Below are positions 1 to 9,159 of a stretch of DNA of 64,000 nt, piece after piece. Source of the stretch: a virus; IMG/VR virus record IMGVR_UViG_3300025168_000034, positions 64,001 through 128,000 of that record; one strand, given 5' to 3'. Made by a program: the position numbers and the translations under genes. The notes beneath the pieces were generated by a model. It ran no database searches and was not told the DNA's origin. It worked only from the letters and a program-made list of their open reading frames with translations. Each line of letters opens with the position of its first letter. The stretch's first letter is position 1.

Positions 1-381
1 ATATAGAGTAAATGCTTGAAGGTCTTGATGTAATCTATACAACTTTCCTTTAATATCATCTTCTATTTCTGGATCAAGAGAACCATCGTCCAACTGAACA
101 CTAAGTGCTTTAACTGCTTTTAATCTGTCCTTGAAAACTTTTTCAACATCAGCAGCGGTTATTGAGTCTTTGTCTACTTCATTAATCACACTATGCTTAA
201 TCACATCCGATACTGGAGTCTTGCTTTTTACAAAGCTAGGCATCTCATTGATACCATTCTCTTTAAGTATCTCATGTAACACTTTTAATTCACTTGGTTC
301 AGTAAACTTGCCATCCTCCATTGTAGGATAACCTTTCTTGAGTCTATATGACCACTCTAGTAGTATGTCATTTATTTCCAT
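1..381 (-). CDS. Hypothetical phage protein, truncated at left window edge (MEINDILLEWSYRLKKGYPT...)
   Basis: Not in the ORF track. ATG at 381 overlaps the stop of the upstream gene (ATGGAAATAA), and the frame is open to position 1 by manual translation. Confidence 0.75.
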   Translation of the reverse strand, partial: MEINDILLEWSYRLKKGYPTMEDGKFTEPSELKVLHEILKENGINEMPSFVKSKTPVSDVIKHSVINEVDKDSITAADVEKVFKDRLKAVKALSVQLDDGSLDPEIEDDIKGKLYRLHQDLQAFTLY

Positions 382-385
382 AACT
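336..385. repeat. Direct repeat R, copy 1 (start of the MEINDILLEW gene)
   Basis: 47/50 identical to 1543-1592. Confidence 0.9.
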
Positions 386-1529
386 GTTTTTTAACTTTCG
401 TTAGTTGTTCAAAGATTGATTCGTTAAGACTATTTTTATACTCTGAGAAAAACTCTCCTAGATCGTCTGAATATTTTTTGTTGTTTATGATGTTAGAAAC
501 TATGTCATCCATGTCTAGGTCCATCGGATCTAAATTCATACCATCACCATAGTCTGCAATAAGATCTTCTCGAGTAGCTCCTCCCATCTCTAAGGTGTCA
601 ACTAACCATTTTTCAAACTCTCCTTTTAAGGTTGCATCCTTTTTAAGCTCCTTTGCTGCTTGTTTTCCATCTATGCTTACTGATTTTTGTTTACCTTTTG
701 GTGGAGTTTTGGCTAGGTGTTTAGCAAAATCATCACTCATAGCTAACTCTACCCACGCATCAAAAACCGCTTCATACGCTTTTAATAGCTCTGCTGCTGC
801 TTGGTCACCCTTTGCATCCATTAACTTTTTGAAGTCTGATACCCAACTCGTCTCATCGTCAAGCTTCCATGTTGAAGCCTCTGAACCTCCTTGTGAGTTT
901 ATTACATAAAGACATAAGAGATTGTAGTCGTCAATTCCGTACTTGGCACTTTTCACATCTCCCTTGAGTGTTTCGACAGTCCATTCTAAGTCACGATTTA
1001 ACTTCCTGTGGGACGGAACTTTTTTATTATAAACTTCTGATGATGCATCGGCATAGTTGTACCAAGGTTGCTTAAAAGGATCCATCATGCCGGCACTTGT
1101 TCCTATCTCAGAGCGATTATCAAGACCCTTCAAACCTGGACTACTGAAAGCTTGTGCTAATTGTTCTGCTGTTTTCCGGCCATACTGCTGAGAATTATAT
1201 CGGCTCACCCAAGCATAAATAGCAGACCCTCCAGGAGGAGTGTACATAAAAAACGTATTATATGCTATGGCGTTTGCAAACTCATCCTTACTCACTGCCA
1301 ACTCTCCAGAGATTTTAGAATTAGAAAGCTGGGATGCGGCTGCTTGCTTGAATGTCGATTCGTTCTTCTCAGCGTACTTTTTTATTATCTTTCTCAGATT
1401 GTCATTATCATAGTCATAAGGTTCGCCCAACTCTTCCATCCTCTCTACATAAGCTGAGTAATCAGTTGCTTCATTAAGCGGACTACGAAGTCCTGCGACT
1501 TCCATTAATCGTTTTCTATTCAGTTTCAT
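372..1529 (-). CDS. Hypothetical protein, putative capsid-internal protein (385 aa)
   Basis: N-terminal leader MKLNRKRLMEVAGL..LNE/A is shared with the neighbouring gene. A second LNES lies near the C-terminus. Confidence 0.6.
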   Translation of the reverse strand: MKLNRKRLMEVAGLRSPLNEATDYSAYVERMEELGEPYDYDNDNLRKIIKKYAEKNESTFKQAAASQLSNSKISGELAVSKDEFANAIAYNTFFMYTPPGGSAIYAWVSRYNSQQYGRKTAEQLAQAFSSPGLKGLDNRSEIGTSAGMMDPFKQPWYNYADASSEVYNKKVPSHRKLNRDLEWTVETLKGDVKSAKYGIDDYNLLCLYVINSQGGSEASTWKLDDETSWVSDFKKLMDAKGDQAAAELLKAYEAVFDAWVELAMSDDFAKHLAKTPPKGKQKSVSIDGKQAAKELKKDATLKGEFEKWLVDTLEMGGATREDLIADYGDGMNLDPMDLDMDDIVSNIINNKKYSDDLGEFFSEYKNSLNESIFEQLTKVKKQLWK

Positions 1530-1543
1530 TTTTTTCTATTTGT
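1491..1543. repeat. Direct repeat L, copy 1 (leader and upstream flank)
   Basis: 47/53 identical to 2149-2201. Confidence 0.9.
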
Positions 1544-1588
1544 CTTGATTCTATATGACCACTCTAGTAATATGTCATTTATCTCCAT
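1526..1588 (-). pseudogene. 20-codon truncated copy of the N-terminus of the 1..381 gene (MEINDILLEWSYRIKTNRKK*)
   Basis: Lies mostly in repeat R copy 2. Its TGA overlaps the ATG of 372..1529 (ATGA). Confidence 0.75.
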
Positions 1589-1592
1589 AACT
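1543..1592. repeat. Direct repeat R, copy 2
   Basis: 47/50 identical to 336-385. Abuts repeat L copy 1 at 1543. Confidence 0.9.
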
Positions 1593-2187
1593 ATCTTTTA
1601 TAAATACCTTTTCTGTGTTGGAAGTTTTTACCTTTTTGTTTCCATGTAGAATACGTATGCGCATCCTTATCTCCCATATTAATTGCATACCTTCTCCACT
1701 CATTCTCCTCGGATGTCTCGCCCTCTTGGTCTTTTCGTCCTCGTGTGAGAGGTGCATCCCTTCGATACTGAGCATTGAAAGGCGCTTCTGGTGGTCGATC
1801 ATATGTTTTCATGTACTCTGGGTGATTAGGATCTACACTTATATAGGCTTTACCGGGTGGTAAACCTGCTTGCTTAACTTCTACTGCTTTAGTAGCTTTT
1901 TTTATATTCAACGATGGGTCTTTAATTTTTAGATAAGCAATCAATTGATTAAACCACTGGTTCTCCTCCTCATCATTAGATGCCCAATCTTTAGCTTCTA
2001 AGCTCGCTATAACGTCAGCTGGTTGAGCTGATCCGTCTTCCATTGCTTTATCTGCTGCTTTTTCGTTAAACGCATCTGGATCAATGTCTAGTAGGTTCTC
2101 AATCACACCGTACCCTGCGTCTTTGTTTGCTGCTTCAGTTACTGGCAATCCTGCCATCTCCATTAATCTTTTTCTAGTTAGTTTCAT
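1591..2187 (-). CDS. Hypothetical protein, putative capsid-internal protein (198 aa)
   Basis: Leader MKLTRKRLMEMAGLPVTE/A. The body shows no visible similarity to 372..1529. Confidence 0.6.
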   Translation of the reverse strand: MKLTRKRLMEMAGLPVTEAANKDAGYGVIENLLDIDPDAFNEKAADKAMEDGSAQPADVIASLEAKDWASNDEEENQWFNQLIAYLKIKDPSLNIKKATKAVEVKQAGLPPGKAYISVDPNHPEYMKTYDRPPEAPFNAQYRRDAPLTRGRKDQEGETSEENEWRRYAINMGDKDAHTYSTWKQKGKNFQHRKGIYKR

Positions 2188-2201
2188 TTTTTTCTATTTG
2201 T
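2149..2201. repeat. Direct repeat L, copy 2
   Basis: 47/53 identical to 1491-1543. Confidence 0.9.
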
Positions 2202-2497
2202 GATGACTTAGGTGGCATCTTCTTTGGAGCTGGCTTTGATTTTGCAGCTTCTTTTTTATTTTTGATCGTTTCCCAATCTGGAGTGTCATGTACTTCTTTA
2301 AACATTACCTTTTTAGGTGGAAACAATGCATTGTATGTTTCGTCGTTTACTTCAGCAGTTTGGTGTAATCCATTCTGCTTTTGAAATTCCAACACCTTTC
2401 TTTGTGTTGCTGTATCCCATACTCCGGTGATCATTGCACCGACTCTTTCTTGTATTTGTCTTACGACAGCTCCTGATGATCCTCTTCTTATTAACAT
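2174..2497 (-). CDS. Peptidoglycan-binding domain protein (PG_binding_1-like)
   Basis: LIRRGSSGAVVRQIQ..G.WDTATQRKVLEFQKQNGL pattern. Start moved to ATG 2497, just after the upstream stop. Confidence 0.75.
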   Translation of the reverse strand: MLIRRGSSGAVVRQIQERVGAMITGVWDTATQRKVLEFQKQNGLHQTAEVNDETYNALFPPKKVMFKEVHDTPDWETIKNKKEAAKSKPAPKKMPPKSSQIEKNETN

Positions 2498-2498
2498 A

Positions 2499-3275
2499 TT
2501 AGTAACTATTAAGTTGTTTATAGCCAAGTATTCTAGTTGGCTTCATTATTATTTCATTCCATAATTGTGTTGCATCACCACTACAATCTTCTAGTGAGGT
2601 GCACAAATTGTCTTGCTCCCCTGGATACGCTAATCGTTCCATGCTTGCTGCTTTGTTGTTGTTGTCAGTTACGACACTCTTTACATCACTTCTAAATGCT
2701 GCAACTAGATCTCCTTCTAACTTCAATACCACATTGCTTGCTTTCTTGAAGAATGGCTTCCACTGCTTGGTAAAAGTACTCACATCATACGAATCACCTT
2801 CTTCAATACGTTGCTGAAGTCTTTGCATATTCTCTAATGTGGTAAATCTTTTTGTCACAACTTTATGTGTAGTAGATCCATATAGCGATTGTGTAAACTC
2901 TTCGTCTAACAGCACAAATGGCTCTATATCAAATCGCGAATAAAAGTACGCAATTTTAATCTGGTCAATGTTTGGAAAGTAAGGAGAAAACTCTTTTCGT
3001 AATCCCCACACCTTATGGTTTACAAAGTCTTCAATAAAGTCAAGAACATTTTTACGAGTCACTTGTGGTGCAAATCTCTTAACCTCTATGTTAAGCTGAA
3101 AGCTAAACCACTTCGATACGAGCATTGCAAGTCTTGGATCACTCTTAATCTGACCACCTCTTGTGTCTTGTCCTTTTTGTTGTAAGGCCAAAAACTCACG
3201 AGCAATATCTTCCCATTGCTGTATTGTTGCAAAGCAACTTTCGGGGTGCATATGTCCTTGTAATTGTAAAGCCAT
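2499..3275 (-). CDS. Hypothetical protein (258 aa)
   Basis: Long ORF preceded by the late motif at 3280-3287. Confidence 0.75.
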   Translation of the reverse strand: MALQLQGHMHPESCFATIQQWEDIAREFLALQQKGQDTRGGQIKSDPRLAMLVSKWFSFQLNIEVKRFAPQVTRKNVLDFIEDFVNHKVWGLRKEFSPYFPNIDQIKIAYFYSRFDIEPFVLLDEEFTQSLYGSTTHKVVTKRFTTLENMQRLQQRIEEGDSYDVSTFTKQWKPFFKKASNVVLKLEGDLVAAFRSDVKSVVTDNNNKAASMERLAYPGEQDNLCTSLEDCSGDATQLWNEIIMKPTRILGYKQLNSY

Positions 3276-3279
3276 TTAA

Positions 3280-3287
3280 TATAAATA
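3280..3287 (-). promoter_or_regulatory. Putative late promoter motif TATTTATA
   Basis: 4 nt upstream of ATG 3275 and just downstream of a terminator. Recurrent motif. Confidence 0.65.
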
Positions 3288-3300
3288 GTTCTCAGATAAT

Positions 3301-3325
3301 AAAAAGCAGGCCTAAATGGCCTGCT
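3301..3325 (-). terminator. Intrinsic terminator
   Basis: AGCAGGCC-N5-GGCCTGCT stem followed by a T-run on the minus strand. Confidence 0.75.
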
Positions 3326-3346
3326 CTTGTTGTTTTGGAATTTTTG

Positions 3347-3502
3347 TTACGCTTTAAAGGCTAGCATGAATTCTCTTGCTCCAATACCAAATGCAATACC
3401 TGCATAAAGTATCTCTCCCTTAATCAACAACGCAGCACCAACAGCTCCTGCAAGAGCAGCCTTGAACCACGATGAATTAACGATCGCTTTTACTTTTTCC
3501 AT
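3347..3502 (-). CDS. Small membrane protein (51 aa, two hydrophobic segments)
   Basis: WFKAALAGAVGAALLI and ILYAGIAFGIGA. Start placed at ATG 3502. Confidence 0.6.
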   Translation of the reverse strand: MEKVKAIVNSSWFKAALAGAVGAALLIKGEILYAGIAFGIGAREFMLAFKA

Positions 3503-3608
3503 TTTTCTGGGTTTTAGGCAGATTTTTTTGATCTGCACGGTTTATATTCTTCTTTGCTTTTGGTGTATGTTCTTTGACATATAAGTCGTATATCCAGTCT
3601 TTCATCAT
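3477..3608 (-). CDS. Small hypothetical protein (43 aa, MMKDWIYDLYVKEHTPK...)
   Basis: Below the track cutoff. ATGA overlap with the RNR stop, and it fills the gap to the next gene. Confidence 0.5.
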   Translation of the reverse strand: MMKDWIYDLYVKEHTPKAKKNINRADQKNLPKTQKNGKSKSDR

Positions 3609-5461
3609 TTTACTTCACATGCTCCGCCTGCGCAAGCAATCTCTCCTTTTAGATCTGTTTCATCATCCGACTCTACAACTTGAGTTAAGTCTATATCTGT
3701 CAATACAGCCATCATCTCATTATACTTTTCTTCAGTAATATCTTCAAAAGGTGCTTGAGTGTATGTTCCTCCATCATACGGAAGTACAGATAGGCCACTG
3801 TAGTGGTTTTTATTCTCCCACATCCATTCACCAGCTAATTCCCAATCCTCTTCTTTTAAAGAAACGGTAGCTGATACATTGTGTGCATTATTACCTCCTC
3901 TGTGTCCAGGCTTAATCCATTGCTGATGCACTTGTTTGATTCTTTCTAATAACTGGAACGGTGATTCTGTTCTTAGGATTGCTCCTTCTGGCGCCTTTTG
4001 CGGTACTGAAATTACAGCTGTATCATGAGGTCTGAAGTATTCATCTTCTACTAAAGCAGGACATGCTTTTACTAGATAGTTGTATATAGCTTCGTTCTTT
4101 CCAACTCTCATTCTTCTTACATAGAAGTCGTTGTGCCATGCGTGAATTCCTGAGGACGTTCCCAGTGTTAATGATGTTGTTCCTGCAGGCTTTACTGTTG
4201 TGCATCTTGCAGATTTTTTAATGTTGATCAACTCTGCTACTCTTTGATTTTCTTCTTTAACAAGTTTTGCTGCGGATTTCATATCATATCCCAATACAGT
4301 ACCAGATCCAATTCCTGTCATTGATACTCCTATCAAAGCATCTTTCTCAGTTGTTCTTTGCCATATTGGTCGTAGGTAATGAAATTCTGTATATCCAGCT
4401 TGTAGTGTGCCAATGAGTGCTGCAGCTTTTACTCTTGCTTCAAAATCCTCTTGATCTACAATATTGGATACATTCACTTCACATAGGTTGCAGAATTGAA
4501 ATGGTCTTAGTGCAATCTCACAACATGGATTAGTTCCCCAATCCTTATCGTTAGATAGATAGATTCCAGGCTCACCTGCTCCACTAAGCTTTGTACGCTC
4601 CCAAAGATCCATAAACACATCCTTAGTAATCTTATGTCTCATCAAGCATGCTGAGTTGTTTGCTCTACCTCTTTGAGGATTGGTTTCCCACCAGTTACCT
4701 GACTTACATCCCATCATAGCATTGTCGTCAGTGCTAAACAAGCTGATAAGAGCCGCTCTTCTAATACCACCTGCTAGTACCGCATCTGCAATATGACACA
4801 CAATATCATGTACTTCAATTGGTTGTAATTGATCTCCATTTTGTTTTGCATCTAAGATACCTCTAACCTTTATCAAACACTCTTTCAATGGTTGAGGTCC
4901 TGGAGCCTTTCCTCCTGACGTTACTAGTCTTGCTCCTTTTGGTCTAATATCAGAGAAGTCAAACTGTAATGTTGATCCGCTATTAAAATAGTTTTTCATA
5001 AGAACCTTTACTGCATCTGCCCATCCTTCAATTGAATCTGCAATTACAAACCTTCTTTTTCTGTCTGGATTTGGTTTGTGTATTTCTGGTAGCTTTTCTA
5101 TGTGGTGTTTTTGTACAGAGTATCCAACTCCGGTTCCTCCTAGTAATAGGAACATTGTTTCACCGAATGCCCTTACGTCATCGATTGGTAGATAGGCACA
5201 ATTGTAAACTCGGTTAGGAGATATCTCAATTGGCTTTCCTGCAAACTGCATAGAACGCATTGATGGTAGAATTTTTTTGTCATAAACAAACTTATACGCT
5301 GCATCAATGTCCTTTGTGAGGTCTGGATACTTTTTTAAATGCATTGCTTTGTTTCTGGTAACAAGCTCTTCCCACGTTTCACGTCTCTGCAACTCAGGAA
5401 GGTATTTGGCGTATTTTGTGAAGACAGTGATGTCACTCAAGATCTGATTAGATTTTGTCAT
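3605..5461 (-). CDS. nrdJ: Class II (adenosylcobalamin-dependent) ribonucleotide reductase
   Basis: NPCCEI catalytic motif, FCNLCEVN, TVKPAGTTS, C-terminal CAGGAC. No NrdB or NrdG gene nearby. Confidence 0.9.
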   Translation of the reverse strand: MTKSNQILSDITVFTKYAKYLPELQRRETWEELVTRNKAMHLKKYPDLTKDIDAAYKFVYDKKILPSMRSMQFAGKPIEISPNRVYNCAYLPIDDVRAFGETMFLLLGGTGVGYSVQKHHIEKLPEIHKPNPDRKRRFVIADSIEGWADAVKVLMKNYFNSGSTLQFDFSDIRPKGARLVTSGGKAPGPQPLKECLIKVRGILDAKQNGDQLQPIEVHDIVCHIADAVLAGGIRRAALISLFSTDDNAMMGCKSGNWWETNPQRGRANNSACLMRHKITKDVFMDLWERTKLSGAGEPGIYLSNDKDWGTNPCCEIALRPFQFCNLCEVNVSNIVDQEDFEARVKAAALIGTLQAGYTEFHYLRPIWQRTTEKDALIGVSMTGIGSGTVLGYDMKSAAKLVKEENQRVAELINIKKSARCTTVKPAGTTSLTLGTSSGIHAWHNDFYVRRMRVGKNEAIYNYLVKACPALVEDEYFRPHDTAVISVPQKAPEGAILRTESPFQLLERIKQVHQQWIKPGHRGGNNAHNVSATVSLKEEDWELAGEWMWENKNHYSGLSVLPYDGGTYTQAPFEDITEEKYNEMMAVLTDIDLTQVVESDDETDLKGEIACAGGACEVK

Positions 5462-5477
5462 GGTGTAAATTGATTTT

Positions 5478-5525
5478 TATAAATAATTAATAGTAGTTTG
5501 TAATCGGCCGCTATGGCTATAAATA
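5478..5525 (-). promoter_or_regulatory. Two TATTTATA motifs (5478-5485, 5518-5525) upstream of nrdJ
   Basis: Exact matches in the intergenic region. Confidence 0.5.
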
Positions 5526-5552
5526 GGCGTTTTGTCCATTGAAATCGTCGTT

Positions 5553-6923
5553 TTAGTCGATTAATTTGTTTAATTCTTCAAATTTATTTGCCAAAGCATT
5601 TCTGATTACTGTATCGTCATTGTTCATAACTTTTTTAGTAGCCTGTCCTAGTATTGTGTTCTCTTCATATATCTCAATACCACACACTGCCATGTTCATC
5701 TTACTTGGGAAAGTCAACCCATCGGGTCCAAACCGATTCTTTATTATATGCCATCTTCCAGTTCCACTAATCTTATCAGCAGTCTTTCTTGATAATGATA
5801 CAATAAAGTCAGCTACCATTACTTTAGTGTATGATTCAGCAATCTTATCTGCTTCTATCACTTCCATCTCAGCTGCACTTCTATTTGCTTGAGATGCTGT
5901 CCATAATGGTATCTTATGTAATCCAGCTAGCCCTCTCAACTCTTCATAGATACCTCCAAGTACCTGATCGTGTCTAGCGTTCTTATTCGATCCTGCGTCT
6001 CTTAGTAGATCGGCATAATCCAGGAACACTATATCTGGAACAGCTCCTTGTATTGCACACTTATCTAGGTGTGCTGCTATAGTATTTACAGTTGCAGTCT
6101 TAGTTGGATAGTATTTGATTATCAACTTACCCTTCAACTTTTCCATAGCAATCTCAACTTCTTCTTTATGATACTTCAAATCAGAAGTTGGGATGCCAGT
6201 GTAATAGCTGTCAAACCTTCCACCCACATAAGTGTCAGAAAGCTCTAATGTATAATACACAACATTCATTCCTTGCTTTGCACAATGCGCAGCTGCATTT
6301 ACTAAAGCCATTGATTTACCAATACCTGCAGGTGCTACAAATACTCCCATCTCACCTGGACCTAATCCACCATCGGTTATGTCATTAATGACTTCCCATG
6401 GAGTTGGTACAGTCTTTCTGCTATTCGCACTGAACCTTTCTTCTATGTGATCAATATACTCATGACCAATGTCTTTATCTGATCCAGCTTTCATAGCCTC
6501 ATCTACTGTGCTTTTAATTGCATCATACTTGCCTTGTTGAAGAAGTTGAACAGACTCTAGTATTGCAGCTTTTAGTTTCTGATTCTTACAAAAGTCGATT
6601 GTCTTGTCTTTTATGTAATCTGAATCTAAAGCATCTATATGTTTCATGACATCTTTTAGATTATCAATTACAGTAGTCTTTAGAACATCTTGTTCGATAC
6701 TATCAATCTCAACTTTCATCACCTCTAATGTCGGTGTTGTTTTGTATTCGTTAAAATACTTTGCAATAGTCTTTGCAATCCATTGTGATGATTCTGAAGA
6801 GAAGTATGTTGGATCAAGTATGTCGTGTATCTGTTGTAGGTATATTCGATCCTTAATTAGGACCGCTAACAGCTTACTTTGAAAACCAGCTCCGTATAAT
6901 TGAAAAGTATCTTGTGTTCCCAT
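5553..6923 (-). CDS. gp41: Replicative DnaB-family helicase (T4 gp41-like)
   Basis: Walker A APAGIGKS, YYTLE, VFLDYADLL, WTASQANR, IIKNRFG. Confidence 0.9.
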   Translation of the reverse strand: MGTQDTFQLYGAGFQSKLLAVLIKDRIYLQQIHDILDPTYFSSESSQWIAKTIAKYFNEYKTTPTLEVMKVEIDSIEQDVLKTTVIDNLKDVMKHIDALDSDYIKDKTIDFCKNQKLKAAILESVQLLQQGKYDAIKSTVDEAMKAGSDKDIGHEYIDHIEERFSANSRKTVPTPWEVINDITDGGLGPGEMGVFVAPAGIGKSMALVNAAAHCAKQGMNVVYYTLELSDTYVGGRFDSYYTGIPTSDLKYHKEEVEIAMEKLKGKLIIKYYPTKTATVNTIAAHLDKCAIQGAVPDIVFLDYADLLRDAGSNKNARHDQVLGGIYEELRGLAGLHKIPLWTASQANRSAAEMEVIEADKIAESYTKVMVADFIVSLSRKTADKISGTGRWHIIKNRFGPDGLTFPSKMNMAVCGIEIYEENTILGQATKKVMNNDDTVIRNALANKFEELNKLID

Positions 6924-6928
6924 GTGGA

Positions 6929-6959
6929 TGAATATACGGTTTATTAATGTAACTTACAA
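6929..6959 (-). promoter_or_regulatory. Bacteroidota-type promoter TTG-N20-TATATTCA
   Basis: Same 20-nt spacing as six other sites. 5 nt upstream of the helicase ATG. Confidence 0.65.
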
Positions 6960-7997
6960 CAAGTTTGTGTATTGATTTATTTTGGTGGTAACATCTCGTA
7001 ACCACATTTCTGGATTACGTATAGCGTTTGTCATTCCATCTTCGATTAGTAGTCTGTGAAATGTCATCTTTGCTAAGCTACGTCCTTCAGCATCCATAGT
7101 ATCATGTATGCGAAGTTGTGTAGTTGCGTTTAGTAGTGTTTCACCTAGCTGCATTATCTCATGATACAACTCTATATCTTTAACATTATTCTCCACAATG
7201 TTGTAGGCTTTAATTTTAGAGTCTTGCACCAGATCTTTATTGTAGCTGAAGAATTCTTTGAGATTGATTACTTCTTGTTCGGCCATCCGTGGCCATCTCT
7301 TCAATATTGTCTTTAGCTTTAGGCCGGGAGCTCCTGGAATATTATCCGAGGAGTCCCCTTCCAAAGCTCGATACACTGCGAAGTTTTGAGGAATGACTCC
7401 ATACTCACTATACACATCATCTTCATAATACAATTTCTTTTTCGTTGGGCTCCATACGTGTACGTTATTGGATACCAGTTGTAAGAAATCCTTATCGGAT
7501 GACATAATAAATGAGTGGGAGTCTTTCGGTGTAAGTATGTTATTTGCGATGTAAGCAATTACATCATCAGCTTCTGCTCCATCTAAAGTTATTACGGTGA
7601 TCGGTAAAGTCTCAAGATAGTCAATCAATCTAATTAATTGTTCTAGTTGATTATCTTCCTTGTCTACGGATTGTGCTCTGTTGAGCCTAATGCTGACTTT
7701 ACGTGTTGCTTTATATTCTGGATACAGCTTTCTTCTAGCAGCTGATCCATTTTTACCATCAAACACGACAATGACCCGAGTAGGGCTCATCGTCTTGATA
7801 GCGTGACCCATACTAGATAAGAATCCTGAGATCCCACCGCAATGCTCACCATTAGCGTTTAGGGTGGGTGTTGCTGAGTAAGCTCGTATAAATGTGTTTA
7901 ATCCGTCTATGATTAATACTCGGTCGTCTCTATGTTTAGATTCTTCTGTCTCACGCAACTTTAATTGATTGAGCAATTTAGCATACTTATTTTTCAT
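6954..7997 (-). CDS. 5'-3' exonuclease / flap endonuclease (Pol I N-terminal domain or T4 RNase H-like)
   Basis: LIIDGLN, VVFDG, YPEYKATR, EADDVIA, SSDKDFLQL, GDSSDNIPG. Confidence 0.9.
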   Translation of the reverse strand: MKNKYAKLLNQLKLRETEESKHRDDRVLIIDGLNTFIRAYSATPTLNANGEHCGGISGFLSSMGHAIKTMSPTRVIVVFDGKNGSAARRKLYPEYKATRKVSIRLNRAQSVDKEDNQLEQLIRLIDYLETLPITVITLDGAEADDVIAYIANNILTPKDSHSFIMSSDKDFLQLVSNNVHVWSPTKKKLYYEDDVYSEYGVIPQNFAVYRALEGDSSDNIPGAPGLKLKTILKRWPRMAEQEVINLKEFFSYNKDLVQDSKIKAYNIVENNVKDIELYHEIMQLGETLLNATTQLRIHDTMDAEGRSLAKMTFHRLLIEDGMTNAIRNPEMWLRDVTTKINQYTNLL

Positions 7998-9154
7998 TCC
8001 TCGTCTTGGTTTAGTGGTGTATCAATTCCTTCCATATTAGAGGTGTCAATTGTCAACTCATCCGGATCAATTTCCGTCTGTGTTTTGTAATGCGATATAC
8101 TATTCTGTTCAATAGCATTTTTGCAATACGCTCTAACCTCTGGTCTCTTGAGTATGTCTCTCCACTCTTTACTTTGGAATTTAACAACCTCTCCAGTATC
8201 CTCCATTATGAGGGTGTACCAAGATCCTCCCACTGTTATAACTTTATACTTCTTGAGTGTGTCTAACCAACTAGCGTCATCATCTATTCCAGAATCAAAG
8301 TATATACTAAACTTCGCTTTCTTAAAAGGAGGTCCATATCTATTCTTTACGACTGTGGCTTGTGTGTTTACGCCAATTATATCTCCATCACTATCCTTGA
8401 TCTTACCAACAGCTTGAAGTCTCACTCTACAGCTTGCATGGAATGGCAAAGCCTTTCCTCCACTTGTAGTGTATTTGTCTCCAAACATAGCGCCTAACTT
8501 TTCTCTCAACTGATTTGTAAACGCTAAGATTACTTTCTCTTTTCCAATAAGATTGGTTATCTTTCTTAACGCTTTCGACATAATAATAGCTTTGGATGTA
8601 GCCCATCCATCTTTATCATAGTCAGCATCTTGCTCTATCTTCGTGGTAGCTGCTGCTACTGAATCTACAACAATTGTAACAAGTCTGTCTTTACTAGTCT
8701 TACGAATATCAAGTATAAGATTCTCTATTGCTTCAAAGATGTCTTCAATTGTATCCATTGGTAGGTAAAGCATGTTCTTGACATCAACACCAATTGCAGT
8801 AAGAAACTCTTCACTTAGTGCATTCTCAGTATCAATGTAAACTGCTATACCACCTTTCTTCTGAGTATTAGCTAATAGGTGAGCTGCGATCAGAGATTTA
8901 CCGGACGCTTCAAGCCCGGTAAATTCTGCGATTCTTCCTACTGGTAATCCTCCGTTAGGTCGATTTGATATGGCAAGGTCTAGATCTGTTGATCCGGTTG
9001 ACACCCAATCCGAAAGATCGGTTTGTGTTTTCTCTTCTCCTAGGAAGTGAACAGCTTTGAAGTCTTTAAACTTCTTATTTAGACTTGATGCCAACTCTTG
9101 AGCTAGCTCGTCCCTTCCCGCTATTTCATCGGGTGTAACTTTTGCTTTTGCCAT
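7994..9154 (-). CDS. uvsX: RecA/UvsX recombinase
   Basis: STGSTDLD, GGLPVGRI, GLEASGKS, YIDTE, VVDSVAA, TNQLREK, TSGGKALPF. Confidence 0.92.
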   Translation of the reverse strand: MAKAKVTPDEIAGRDELAQELASSLNKKFKDFKAVHFLGEEKTQTDLSDWVSTGSTDLDLAISNRPNGGLPVGRIAEFTGLEASGKSLIAAHLLANTQKKGGIAVYIDTENALSEEFLTAIGVDVKNMLYLPMDTIEDIFEAIENLILDIRKTSKDRLVTIVVDSVAAATTKIEQDADYDKDGWATSKAIIMSKALRKITNLIGKEKVILAFTNQLREKLGAMFGDKYTTSGGKALPFHASCRVRLQAVGKIKDSDGDIIGVNTQATVVKNRYGPPFKKAKFSIYFDSGIDDDASWLDTLKKYKVITVGGSWYTLIMEDTGEVVKFQSKEWRDILKRPEVRAYCKNAIEQNSISHYKTQTEIDPDELTIDTSNMEGIDTPLNQDEE

Positions 9155-9159
9155 AACTG

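Noticed and set aside
1575-1802. Alternative-frame minus ORFs (also 13955..14176, 20632..20859, 45092..45310, 51886..52122)
   Set aside because: They are nested in or overlap better-supported genes, with no independent expression signals.
336-2201. Direct repeats as IS ends or att sites
   Set aside because: No transposase or integrase and no terminal inverted repeats. The repeats are copies of gene starts.
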